A DNA stretch of 64,000 bases, from contig JAADVB010000021.1 in assembly GCA_023334545.1 (NCBI GenBank), forward strand, positions 1-64,000, written 5' to 3'. This document shows positions 21,205 through 32,224 of this stretch, one piece after another. Origin of the DNA: Salisapilia sapeloensis CBS 127946. Its lineage: Eukaryota; Protista; Oomycota. Under the pieces are notes generated by a model. The model made no database searches. It had not been told where the DNA came from and saw only the letters and a list, made by a program, of their open reading frames with translations. Made by a program: the position numbers and the translations under genes. How positions within the stretch are numbered: the stretch's first letter is position 1; the number at the start of each line of letters is the position of its first letter.

Positions 21205-22865
21205 ATGCTGGACATTGATCAACTATGCAAATCAATTTGGGCGACAGCCTTTGCTGGAGCTGCTCTGCTGTATGGTGTCTCTTCTGGCTATGGCTATTTC
21301 ACACGGTCCGAGTTGGAGAAGCGAGGCACGCCTCCTGTGAGTGCCCCAGGGGACCTTCCCATTTTCCATCATACCTTCACCATACTACGTACCTTTTCCA
21401 TCATCCATGATGTCGATGCTGAGGCATGTGCAAAAGTTAACTGGAAACCGTTTTCCTACCACTTCCTCATGAAGAGAGACGACGTCATCGCAGCCACACC
21501 TGAGATCGCCGAAGACGTGCTATCGACACAATTCGAGGCTTTTGACAAGGTATACAATCTTTCATGGCGATAAAGCGTCATTACGTACACAACAAAGAAT
21601 AAAGTCGGACTAATATATTGCTCTAGGGTACTTCTGTCCATGAACGACTCGGAGATGTACTTCAAAATGGAATTTTTGCTGTCGATGGTGATTTGTGGAA
21701 GCATCAGCGCAAGGTTGCCAGTCGTCTCTTCACTGCGCGATCTCTCCGAGACTCAATGGCCACCACGATCCAGAAGCACGTTGTGGTATTAAAGAGGATC
21801 CTTCAAAAGCATGTCGACGAACAGAAACCAATCGACGTGGCTCGCATCTTTGGCAAGTTCACACTGGAAGCATTTGCCGAGATAGGCTTTGGTGCCGAGT
21901 TAAAGAGTCTCGAGATGGAAGAATCGCATCCGTTCGAGCACGCCTTCGATTCGAGCCAGCGCCTGACTTCGTTGCGCTTTGTCTTCCCATCCTTGATTTG
22001 GAAAGCTATGCGTTTCTTCCGAATCGGCTCCGAGGGAGAACTCGCGCGCAATGTTGAGGTGATTGACAAAACGGTTTTGGGCATCATTTCGCAGTCACTG
22101 GAAGACCGGCGGAAGGGTTTTGTGGGGAATGAAACAAAGACAAAGAACCTCGTGTCACTTTTTTTGGATGGCATGGATCAGGAAAAAGAGCACGGTGCTT
22201 CATCTGCTGACCCGAACTTCTTACGAGACATCGTGGTTAACTTTATGATTGCTGGGCGGGATACAACAGCTCAGTCGCTTGCTTGGCTCTTTTACATGCT
22301 CCATTTCCACCCAGAGGTAGTGGCCAAGATACGCGAAGAGATGATAGTCGAGCTACCTGAGCTCATGCGTGGCGAGTTGGAGGCACCGACGAAAGAGCAG
22401 TGCGAGCGACTTGTGTACTTGGAGGCAACGATTCGAGAATCTCTACGACTAAATCCGCCGGTCCCGAGAAACCTGAAAGAAGCGAACCGCGATGTGCTTC
22501 TGAGCGACAATACGTTTATTAAGAAGGGTACAAACATATTCATTTCGCCGTACGCACTCGCTCGAAACAAGCGAGTGTGGGGAGAGGACGCGAAGGAATT
22601 TCGACCAGAGCGATTCATCGACGAGAATGGTAAGCTGATCGCATACTCCGAGTTTAAGTTCAACTCCTTCCATGCTGGTCCTCGTCGGTGCATTGGGATG
22701 AATCTCGCATTGATGGAGCTCAAGATTGTCGCAGCGAGCTTGCTGAGCAGCTTTAATCTGAAGCTTGTACCTGGCGCAAAAGTCGCATACGACTTGTCTA
22801 TCACGCTGCCAGTGAAGGGACAAATGATGATGAATGTGACCGGCAGTCAAGCCTCGTACGCGTAA
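21205..22865 (+). CDS. Cytochrome P450, CYP86/CYP94-like (fatty-acid hydroxylase type), 2 exons
   Basis: N-terminal anchor; FEAFDK|GTSVHERLGDVLQNGIFAVDGDLWKHQRK; I-helix AGRDTT; ESLR (ExxR); FRPERF; heme motif FHAGPRRCIG. Confidence 0.95.
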
Positions 22866-23514
22866 GCTTTACGCAGGCGCCTCATATGTACTCGACTTGC
22901 CTCAGCTTACTAGAATAAATGTATAAAGGAGAGAAGTGGTAATTTCCATTTTAAATGAAAATGAACTCGTGTTAAGCTTCTTTTAGTGCATGCTTGCTCT
23001 GGGCACTGAGGATGGCGAAAGAAAGGGGTGCTACTACCATGGTATGCAAGCTTGAACCTTGCTGGTCACTAGTGACGCCTTTCCATATATCGGCTTATTG
23101 ACTTTTCTATTCATCCACTGCGGTCAATGTGGTCTGCTACGCAAAGACTAAAAGCTACATGGCGAATGCAGAAAACAATTACAAGTCTGCTTTATCGTGA
23201 AATGTGGAGCAGGCTAAAAAGGCTGCTTTAACAAGTAAATATAAACTTTATTTGCAATGTACTTTTGCTCTTCCGAACTACATTCCATAAGCTCCAATTG
23301 TGTTCATCATAAACCTACTTGATATCAGCGCTCAGTAACCTGCATTGATGACCTTTTAGGAATTTATCTGACTTCGTCTAGGCTTCTCTGATTTTATTCC
23401 CTCTTAAGCCTTAAATCCACCTCGGAACGCCTATGACTACAAAAAGAAAGCACAAGTCCAACGAAAGCAAGTTTATTACTCTCTCCACTCTCTGTGTAAA
23501 TCCTTCTCCTTGCC

Positions 23515-24351
23515 TTAAAGCTTCGAGCTGCCGACCATGACTTCATCACTGTGAATCATACCACCGTCTGCCGTCAGCACCGTGCCGGTGACCCATCCGG
23601 ACGCCTTGGAGCCGAAGAAAAGCGCGATACCAGCCATGTCCGAAGGACGACCAGCACGACGGATCGGAATGCCTTCCGCAATCTTATCCAGCGACAAACC
23701 CGTACTCACTTCGATTCCTTGGGTCATCGTGGATGGCACGAGACCAGGGGCAATGGCGTTCACCAAGATGTGTCCGCCATTCGGACGACGTGCCAACTTT
23801 CCAGCCATGTTGCGCGTGAGGTGGTGCACCGCCGCCTTGGACGTGTCGTACGCGACGGTGTCGATGTTCTGCGGCTTTATGCCTGCGACGGATCCAATGT
23901 TAATGATTCTCGCACTGTCTTCCGACGTCGCGGCGTTATCCAGCAGAGGCAGAAGTTCACGAGAGACGTAGAATGGGGCCATAACATTCAACGAGTACAC
24001 TTTGTTCCACACCTTTTGCGTGTGCTGTTCGTACGAAGCTCCCCACGCAACACCCGAGTTGTTAATCAAGACGTCGACTCTCGACTCTCTCTTGGCAATC
24101 TCGGCAGCAAGCTTCTTGCATCCTTCCTCCGTCGACAGATCCGCCTGCAACGGCGTGCACTTGCCCGGCCCGTCCTTGTTAAGCTGCTTGGCCGTTTCGT
24201 CGCAAGCCTTCTGACTCCGAGACGCAATGTACACGTTCGCTCCATTGTGGACGAATCCAGCCGCCATCATCTGGCCGATGCCACGGCCGCCGCCAGTGAT
24301 GACGACCACCTTGTCCTTGACGTTAAACAGGTCCTGCGTTGTAAGCTTCAT
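23515..24351 (-). CDS. Classical SDR (RhlG-like), paralogue 2, with C-terminal PTS1
   Basis: TGGGRGIG, NNSGVAWGA, YDTSK, VNAIAPG; ends GSSKL then stop; clearly paralogous to 13001-13843. Confidence 0.93.
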   Translation of the reverse strand: MKLTTQDLFNVKDKVVVITGGGRGIGQMMAAGFVHNGANVYIASRSQKACDETAKQLNKDGPGKCTPLQADLSTEEGCKKLAAEIAKRESRVDVLINNSGVAWGASYEQHTQKVWNKVYSLNVMAPFYVSRELLPLLDNAATSEDSARIINIGSVAGIKPQNIDTVAYDTSKAAVHHLTRNMAGKLARRPNGGHILVNAIAPGLVPSTMTQGIEVSTGLSLDKIAEGIPIRRAGRPSDMAGIALFFGSKASGWVTGTVLTADGGMIHSDEVMVGSSKL

Positions 24352-24462
24352 CTCTTGTAATGATCAAATCCTAGTACGAAGCAGATAAAGATGTACGATG
24401 TATACTAAACATTGAGGTTGCACCAAGCATGCGATCTCTAAACGCCGGAAGCTATGCTATTT

Positions 24463-26215
24463 CTATTCATCCTTATCAGAGCTTAAGCGGAAACACAGCC
24501 ATCGGTCCGAATCGACAAGTGGAAAGTGCCAGTCTCCACCCACACACTGTGGTCGCTTGGAATATAAAGTCGGTTCGAAGAGTTCGAGACGATACGTGTC
24601 TTTGCCGCTCGGCTTGATCGAGTACTTGGTCTGATGACGCTCCTTCCAGCGCCCAAAGTCGCGATTGTGGATCATCTCAAAGTGGTGATCTCGCATCTCA
24701 TCGTTGGACACCACAAGCACACCTTTACCTAGTCGAACGGCAGCATACAGCCAGTACCAGTCGTCGTTATTACCCGGCCGGCAGTTGTACATCGAGTTGC
24801 TGTTTCTCCACTTAGTAATCAAGTGCCGGTGCTCTTCCGGTACAGCAGCGTCTTCCGTCCGACGAAGGTGGAGCACCACAAGCACTTTTTTTCCTTGAGA
24901 TTCATAGTGCTGAACAACTTGGTCGATCTGAGGGTAGCTGAATCCGCCTCTAAACAGCATTCAAGTAAGATACAACGCATGAAGATCACTACTAGATAGT
25001 GGTCGTACCCTTCAAAGTTCTGGTTGAAGTATCCGACGTTGGCAGCGTCAATGATGACGTCAAAGCGACCGGAGGCATCCAGCCACGCCTTGAAGTCGTC
25101 CCACTCTTCCTTGTGCCGATCACTCGTCCGCACCAATTTCTCTACCTGCACACGACTTAACTTTACAAGCGATACGCAGCATATACATTTAATAGACCAA
25201 CCTTATCCATGAGCTGTTGCGCAGACTCGGCTGGTAGCTCGAGCGACTGGAGCTGCGCGCCGGTGACCGAGGACCACCCTTGTTCATCCACTGTTCCCTC
25301 TTCTCGTTTCCACATCTTCCCACCTTCCTTCGCTCCATCACTAGACAGCCACAATACATTAGAGAGGCACTAGCAGCTACTAACACACCAGCATACCTCT
25401 GGAACCAGTCAGCTAACACCTCCCACGCCTTCTCACTAGGTTGCCAAACCGTGTCGATATACTCTTCCAGCGTCTTGTAGAAGACAGTCGCGTCTGCATT
25501 CATCGTACAAGCCTTCATGATAGCCAAGTACTCTGGCTCGGTCAGCTCAATAGAATGATCCTGAATGCGCTTCTGCACGGTCAAACACGACTGCAGGTCG
25601 CCCTCTTCGCTATACGCGATCAAGAGAGGAGATAGCGTACGGAGCCTAGGGGGTATCTTGGACTCGTCCATAGCCTCCAGCAGCTTCCAGCACTGATCAA
25701 AGTTCCGTTGGCCACTGAACAGCTTCACGAGAGCCGTGTGGACACTCTCATCTGCTAGTATGTGCTTCCCATTGGCTTCCTCTGACCGCATGTCATTATA
25801 GATCTGCAACGCCTGGCTTTGGAACGCACCAGCGTCCGGCGACTGGCTGCATGCGTTGATGATCATCTGATAAATGTACGGCTGGATGGGCAGTTCCTCC
25901 GTCTTCATTTTCGAGTACACTTCCAGTGCTGTTGGAGCATCCTTATTTCTTACACATTTTTCTATCTGTCTCCTGTACTCCTTCTCCTTTAGCATCTCTG
26001 GCGTCTATAGTACACAAGTGTCATTCTAGCTGTCGAGTAGGTAGATAAGGACGCATCGCTTGCCTGCTTGCGTAGCCGACGAGCTAATTTCTTGCCAACT
26101 TTGCCTACAATGCATACTCTAGTTGATCATACTTGTATGCAAAGCGTGCATACAGCGTACCTTTCTTGGAGGTGTCATCTAGAGCTTCGGCACTGCGCTT
26201 CTCGCCTATGGCCAT
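24463..26215 (-). CDS. PRORP: Protein-only RNase P (PPR plus NYN metallonuclease), multi-exon
   Basis: PPR-like helices (PRLRTLSPLLIAYSEEGD); FDVIIDAANVGY; DDWYWLYAAV; VVSNDEMRDHHF. ATG at 26215. Confidence 0.93.
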
Positions 26216-26481
26216 GACTTCTTGGTCACGAGCGTTTATGGTGGTCTTTTCGAGACATACCACCGTTGTCCCGTATTGCTACAACATGTAATTCTTGAAG
26301 TAGCAATGTGCTTCATATGGCCCGAGTAAGTCGATCTTTCCTCCACCTTAGCCCCATGTATCCTAAAGATCGTCTTTACGGTCCATGTAGACACCTAGAG
26401 ATACGACTAGTACATCAGATCGTAGTATGATAGATGCGTGATTTGCATACAAAAACAGAGTCATCGATTCCAGATTGCAAA

Positions 26482-26877
26482 ATGACACAAACAGAGACAC
26501 CGGCGCAACTGCGTGAGCGATACCTCGAGCTCCTGCAGCAAGTCGTGCAGCAAGCGATTCAACAGGAAGTCGAGTCCGTATCTCGGATGGATGCTCTATC
26601 ACGCGTGAAAGGCTTTACAAATCCGCAGCATCAAGTGCTACAGTATGTAGCTCTCTCGCGATCCTCCTTGTCATCACAAGCTCCGAATGCAGATTCCATG
26701 ATCCCAAAGCTAATGCAGTGTGCGAGGAAGATGCAAGTTTCGGAAGACGCCGAAGTGTCTTTAATCGCTGCGTTTTTCCTGTCCAACTACTCCACCAAGC
26801 GATCTCTTTCATCGACCACCAACCAACTCATGTCGACTTTAATCGGTCGAAAGCGTCGGCGAGTCGAGCAACAGTAA
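26482..26877 (+). CDS. Hypothetical helical protein with a C-terminal basic (NLS-like) motif
   Basis: 131-aa ORF from ATG 26482, filling the gap between PRORP and TOP3A; ends IGRKRRRVEQQ. No family recognised. Confidence 0.5.
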   Translation: MTQTETPAQLRERYLELLQQVVQQAIQQEVESVSRMDALSRVKGFTNPQHQVLQYVALSRSSLSSQAPNADSMIPKLMQCARKMQVSEDAEVSLIAAFFLSNYSTKRSLSSTTNQLMSTLIGRKRRRVEQQ

Positions 26878-26945
26878 ATCTACCACTTAATCCATGTATC
26901 TTTACGTCCGTCATATTCATTAAATCCTACTTCACTCTTAACGCA

Positions 26946-29788
26946 CTACTCATCCGCCCACATGAAGAAACTGCACTGCTGTCCTTGCGGCTTGCTGCAT
27001 TTGAAAAACTTCCGACCGGCATTCTTCCCTTTCTTGCATGTCAAAAGAGTCCCTGGTGCCGGACAATTACACTGCGGAACATCGTCGGCAGTGCCTAGTC
27101 CTGCTGCTTCATCTGCCCACTGAAAGAACCCGCAGCTCTCCGTTCCCGGTCGACTGCAGATGTAGAACTGCCGGTTCTCATTCGGTCCAGGCTTCCGACT
27201 AGTTCTCAGCGCACTAGCAACACGATGTCCGGGACACGGCGGTGCAGTGGTAGTCGCCTGACCATTGCTCGAGCTATTCGGGCGAGTAGCAGGAGCTCGC
27301 TGGTTCGGCATAGGTCTCGGCGCCGCCTCGTCCTTCCACTGGAAGAAGCCGCAGTCTTCCGCTTGAGGCTTTGGACAACGATAAAAGACCCGTCCTTTGT
27401 TATTCCCTTCTTTGGTCACCGTTCTTTCCACACATCTCTCTCCATGGCCCTCACATCGAACACCTCCATCGTCACCTGTGGCACTAGACGTTGGTGGTAC
27501 CTCGTCACACCACTGGAAAAAGTCGCACTGCTCGTCTCTCGAAGCAGCACAAGCAAAAAAGTATCGACCCTTGTTCGGCCCGTCCTTTTGTACCTGCCGT
27601 TGGACAGCAGGCTGATGATGACCTGGACACACCGGGAGCTGATTATCTCCACCTGCATCCTCCGTACCTGACGGCTGCCTCTCTTGTCGTGCCGTCGACT
27701 GTGGTGCTGAGGACGCTCCGTTTCCAGTGTCTGCAACTCCAGCAACAAAGTACTCCCCAAACGTCTGGTCCATGACGTCTCCATTGCTACGAACACTGGC
27801 AAAGATCTCCTCCATCTGCCGCATGCATGCCTCGACGACATTCCGAATCTGCTTCTGTCCCGAAGCGATCGCTCTACAGTCGTTCTCCATCGCCGCTCGA
27901 AGCGCTGGTTTCGCTAAATCCAATCCCATTTGATCATACGACATGACCAGCGCCAAGCCTAGTGTCGTCGGCTTAAACTGCGCTTGCCCACCCACCTTTT
28001 CCGCATACCCTCTCTTGAGGATCGTCTTGATATGCTCTGCAATCGTCGCATCTGTACCGATGCCATTCGCGTCCATCTTGGAGATCAAGTCCGACTCCGA
28101 CAACAATGGCGGAGGATTCGTCTCGCCATCCTCAATCGCAATTTTCGTCGGTGCAAATGACTGACCACGTTCATAGACAGGAATGTTACTCGACGTCTTC
28201 CACTGCTCGTACTTGTAGATGTCAAGATAGTTGCGTTCTTGGACCATCAATCCAGACGTCATGAACTCTTCTCCTCCAAGACGCACACGAACGCTTGTCT
28301 GACTACCTCGAGCGTCCTTACTGCAGCACGCTAGAAAGTGTCGCATGATAAACTCGTACACTTTCTTCTCATTCGCGCCTTCGATAGAACCCAGCGCTAC
28401 GCTCTTTGTAGGATGAATCGGAGGATGTGCTTGATCATCGTCTTTGCCCTGTCTCGGTGCCTCGTATTTGTTGCTATGCAGTAGCTGCCCGACGTACGTA
28501 CCGAACGTGTCGTGGTTTTCATGCAGTCTCAACAAAGCATTCAAGTCCGTTCCTTCCTTGAATTTATTCGTCTCCGTGCGTGGGTAGCTCACGATACCCT
28601 TGTTGTACAGTGCCTCGGCAGCCTTCATGACTTGCTCAGACGAGATACGTAGCCATCGAGACGCTCGTTTTTGCAGCTCGACAGTCGTCAGCGGCAGAGG
28701 TTTCTTCTTGAACGTCGTCTTCTTCTCCACCGAGTCCACAACAGCCACTGGAGCTTGCAGCAGCTCTTCATACATGCACAGACATGCCATTCGATCAAAC
28801 ACACGCTCCCGCCGCCACTTGAACTGAGTGGACACAGGCTGAGCGTTGTCACTAGCTTCAGCTGACAACTCGGGCGTGTGCGCATGATGAAGAGAGATGG
28901 AGTGAAACTCCTCTCGTTCAAAGTTTTGAATCTGGAGATACCGCTCGACGACGAATCCGAGCGTCGGGAACTGACACGGACCGTAGCTCAGCACCTTTTT
29001 CTGTTCTCGTTGATTCAGCTCTGGAAATTGGCGTTGCAGTCGCATCGTCTGGTATCTTGTCAGCACTGCACCGATACGCAAGTCGATTTCAGATCGAGCA
29101 TCACATGCGAGTGACAGGTTCTCGTCTGGTGTACCCAAGTGCTGGACGGCACTGAGGATATCGCGAGGGATAAGCGCACTGAATCGAGCTCGACGTACAT
29201 TCAATCGGGGGTTCGCTTTCCGGCAGACGGAGATCACCTCGAACGCGATGTTCTCCCCTTCGCGATCGCAATCCAGCCACAAGATAAGCCACTAGAAAAT
29301 ACTTAGAGGTCTCCTATGACATGTATATCATGCAATAGATGGATACCTGACTCTTACGTGCTTCTTCCTTAAGCGTACGTTCAATTTTAATCTGCGTCTC
29401 GTCCTGTCTAGTCTTTTTCTCCACCGGCGCGTTAAAGAGAGCTGCTGGGTCGCACGAATGCCATCCTCTATTAGCCACCTTAGCACCTCTGGGCAGTAAA
29501 GCCGGACCCCCAAAGCACTCACCTATAGTCCGAACTAAAGTCCAGCTCCATGAGATGCCCCGTGACGGACGTGACGCTCATCTGCATCTCCTGGCCCTGG
29601 ATATTATGTGAAAACTCGTAGATCGCATTATACTTGGACTGTCCTGGACGCTGCATTCACGTGAGCACACCACATCCACTTCTACAACTTGATAAACAAG
29701 CACACACCCGCTGACTTCCATTTCGTGACAAAATATTTGCAATCTCCTTCGCTACGGACGGTTTCTCCGCCACATTCAGTGCTCGCAT
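26946..29788 (-). CDS. TOP3A: DNA topoisomerase III alpha with four C-terminal zf-GRF fingers
   Basis: First exon [17 protein letters not shown]; VTSVTGHL; [11 protein letters not shown]; [14 protein letters not shown]; SYPRTET (catalytic Tyr); GIGTDAT; four copies of the zf-GRF motif. Confidence 0.97.
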
Positions 29789-29888
29789 GTCGAAAAACCC
29801 CAAGTGTCCACAACGTCGTGTCAGTGGACATACTCAAGTCAAGTCAAGTGAGTCGTGAGCCACCAATCATTTCTGAATCTGCGCAATT

Positions 29889-32111
29889 ATGGCTATGCTC
29901 CGGCGATTCGCTCGCTCTTCTGTGCGTCAAGTGCGACCGCAATGGGCGCGATATGAAAGCACTCAGGCTGCCACCATCGCCGACGCCGTCGTGCCGGATC
30001 AGTACATGACCCACTTGCGGAACATTGGTATCTCAGCACACATCGACTCGGGCAAGACGACGCTCACGGAGCGCATTCTCTTCTACACTGGTCGCATTAA
30101 CGCTATCCACGATGTCCGAGGAAAGGATGGTGTCGGAGCCAAGATGGATTCGATGGACTTGGAGCGAGAGAAGGGCATTACCATCCAATCTGCCGCCACG
30201 TTCTGTGCCTGGAAGGACTCGAACATTAACATCATCGACACGCCCGGCCACGTCGACTTCACCATTGAAGTCGAACGAGCACTGCGTGTGCTTGATGGTG
30301 GTATCCTGGTGCTCTGCGGTGCCTCGGGTGTCCAGAGCCAGTCGCTGACGGTCGACAAGCAGATGAAGCGCTACGGTGTTCCTCGTATCGCGTTCATCAA
30401 CAAGCTCGATCGCATGGGTGCGAACCCTTGGAAGGTCATTCGTGACTTGCGCTCGCAGCTCAAGTTGAACGCACACGCTCTTCAGGTGCCCATTGGTATT
30501 GAGGGCGACCTCGAAGGTGTCGTGGACTTGCTGACCATGAAGGCGCTGCGCAACGCCGGTGAGTTTGGTGAGAAGATCGACGCCACCGACGACATGCCGG
30601 ATGATGTTCGTCAATTGGCACAGGAAAAACGTCAGGAACTGATCGAAGCGCTCGCTGACGTCGACGATGAAATCGCCGAGCTTTTCCTCATGGAAGAAGA
30701 ACCGACGGAAGAGCAGCTGCAGCAGGCCATCCGCCAGGCGACTCTCTCGCACAAGTTCGTCCCGGTCATGATGGGCTCTGCCTTCAAGAACCGAGGCGTC
30801 CAGCCTCTTCTCGACGGTGTCGTGTCCTACCTCCCGAGTCCGAGTGAAGTCGAGAACGTCGCGCTGGACCAGACGAGAGACGAAGCTCGTGTGACCGTTC
30901 CGTGTTCTCCGGACGCCCCGCTCCTCGCCCTCGCATTCAAGCTCGAGGAAGGTCGTTTCGGACAGCTCACGTACATGCGCATCTACTCTGGTACGCTCAA
31001 ACGTGGTGGCTTCATCTACAACATGAGCGACATGAAGCGCATCAAGGTGCCGCGTCTAGTCAAGATGCACTCGAACGACATGGAAGATGTGGATGAAGTC
31101 AAGGCCGGCGAAGTCGTCGCCATGTTCGGTGTTGAGTGCGCCAGTATGGACACCTTTAGCGACTCGAGCGCCACTAAGTACACCATGACGAGTCTCCACG
31201 TGCCGGATCCAGTTATGTCGTTGGCAGTGAATCCGACGAACAAGGGACAAGTGGCCAACTTTTCCAAGGCCTTAAACCGCTTCCAGAAGGAAGACCCGAC
31301 GTTCCGTGTCCACGTCGATGATGACAGCAAAGAGACGATCATCAGTGGCATGGGTGAACTCCATCTCCAGATCTACGTCGAGCGCATGAAGCGAGAGTAC
31401 AAGGTTGATGTCGCCACAGGTGCACCGCAGGTCAACTACCGTGAAACCATTCGCTCTCGCGCCGAGTTCAACTACCTCCACCGTAAGCAGAGCGGAGGTT
31501 CGGGTCAGTTCGCGCGTGTCGTCGGGTACATTGAGCCTATCGACGAGAGCGAAGTCACCGACTTGCCGCACGGTGTCGAGTTCGTGAACGACATTGTCGG
31601 TAACGCCATTCCGCCAGAGTACATTGCTGCATGTGAGAAGGGTACGTACGAGGCGGCGCAGAAGGGATGGCTCGTCGGACAGCCCGTGCAGCGTATGCGC
31701 GTGGTCATCAACGACGGTCAGTCGCACTCGGTGGATTCGAGCGAAATGGCGTTCAAGGCTGCCATGGTGCAGGCTATTCGCCAGGCCTTCCTCAAGGCCA
31801 ACCCGAGCATCCTGGAGCCCATCATGTCCGTCGAGGTGGAGTCGCCTACGGACTTCCAGGGCACGGTCATCGCCGAGGTCAATCGTCGTCGTGGTCTGGT
31901 GAACAGCTCGGACGCGGACGAGATGAACTCGGTCGTCCGTTGCGACGTGCCGTTGCAGAACATGTTTGGCTTCTCGACCGATCTCCGATCGTCGACGCAA
32001 GGCAAGGGCGAGTTCTCAATGGAGTACAAGCGTCACGACTTTGTCACCAAGGACATTCAGGAGAAGCTCATCAAGGACTACGAGAAGAGTTTGACGGAGA
32101 AGACCAAGTAA
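29889..32111 (+). CDS. GFM1: Mitochondrial elongation factor G1
   Basis: Arg-rich presequence [13 protein letters not shown]; [15 protein letters not shown]; [13 protein letters not shown]; DTPGHVDF; NKLD; GMGELHL; intronless. Confidence 0.97.
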   Translation: MAMLRRFARSSVRQVRPQWARYESTQAATIADAVVPDQYMTHLRNIGISAHIDSGKTTLTERILFYTGRINAIHDVRGKDGVGAKMDSMDLEREKGITIQSAATFCAWKDSNINIIDTPGHVDFTIEVERALRVLDGGILVLCGASGVQSQSLTVDKQMKRYGVPRIAFINKLDRMGANPWKVIRDLRSQLKLNAHALQVPIGIEGDLEGVVDLLTMKALRNAGEFGEKIDATDDMPDDVRQLAQEKRQELIEALADVDDEIAELFLMEEEPTEEQLQQAIRQATLSHKFVPVMMGSAFKNRGVQPLLDGVVSYLPSPSEVENVALDQTRDEARVTVPCSPDAPLLALAFKLEEGRFGQLTYMRIYSGTLKRGGFIYNMSDMKRIKVPRLVKMHSNDMEDVDEVKAGEVVAMFGVECASMDTFSDSSATKYTMTSLHVPDPVMSLAVNPTNKGQVANFSKALNRFQKEDPTFRVHVDDDSKETIISGMGELHLQIYVERMKREYKVDVATGAPQVNYRETIRSRAEFNYLHRKQSGGSGQFARVVGYIEPIDESEVTDLPHGVEFVNDIVGNAIPPEYIAACEKGTYEAAQKGWLVGQPVQRMRVVINDGQSHSVDSSEMAFKAAMVQAIRQAFLKANPSILEPIMSVEVESPTDFQGTVIAEVNRRRGLVNSSDADEMNSVVRCDVPLQNMFGFSTDLRSSTQGKGEFSMEYKRHDFVTKDIQEKLIKDYEKSLTEKTK

Positions 32112-32224
32112 GCAGTTGCATGTAGAAAGAGAGATAGAAAATACAGGAAGACGTCCGTCCTGGGTTGGCAAAACTCTATCGTGTTTAAGATCGTCCTTGG
32201 CTCTCGACTAAATACTCCGGCGCG

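Noticed and set aside
26101-26160. TGTATGC/GCATACA hairpin in PRORP intron 1
   Set aside because: 7-bp stems in a normal-sized intron; not distinguishable from chance.
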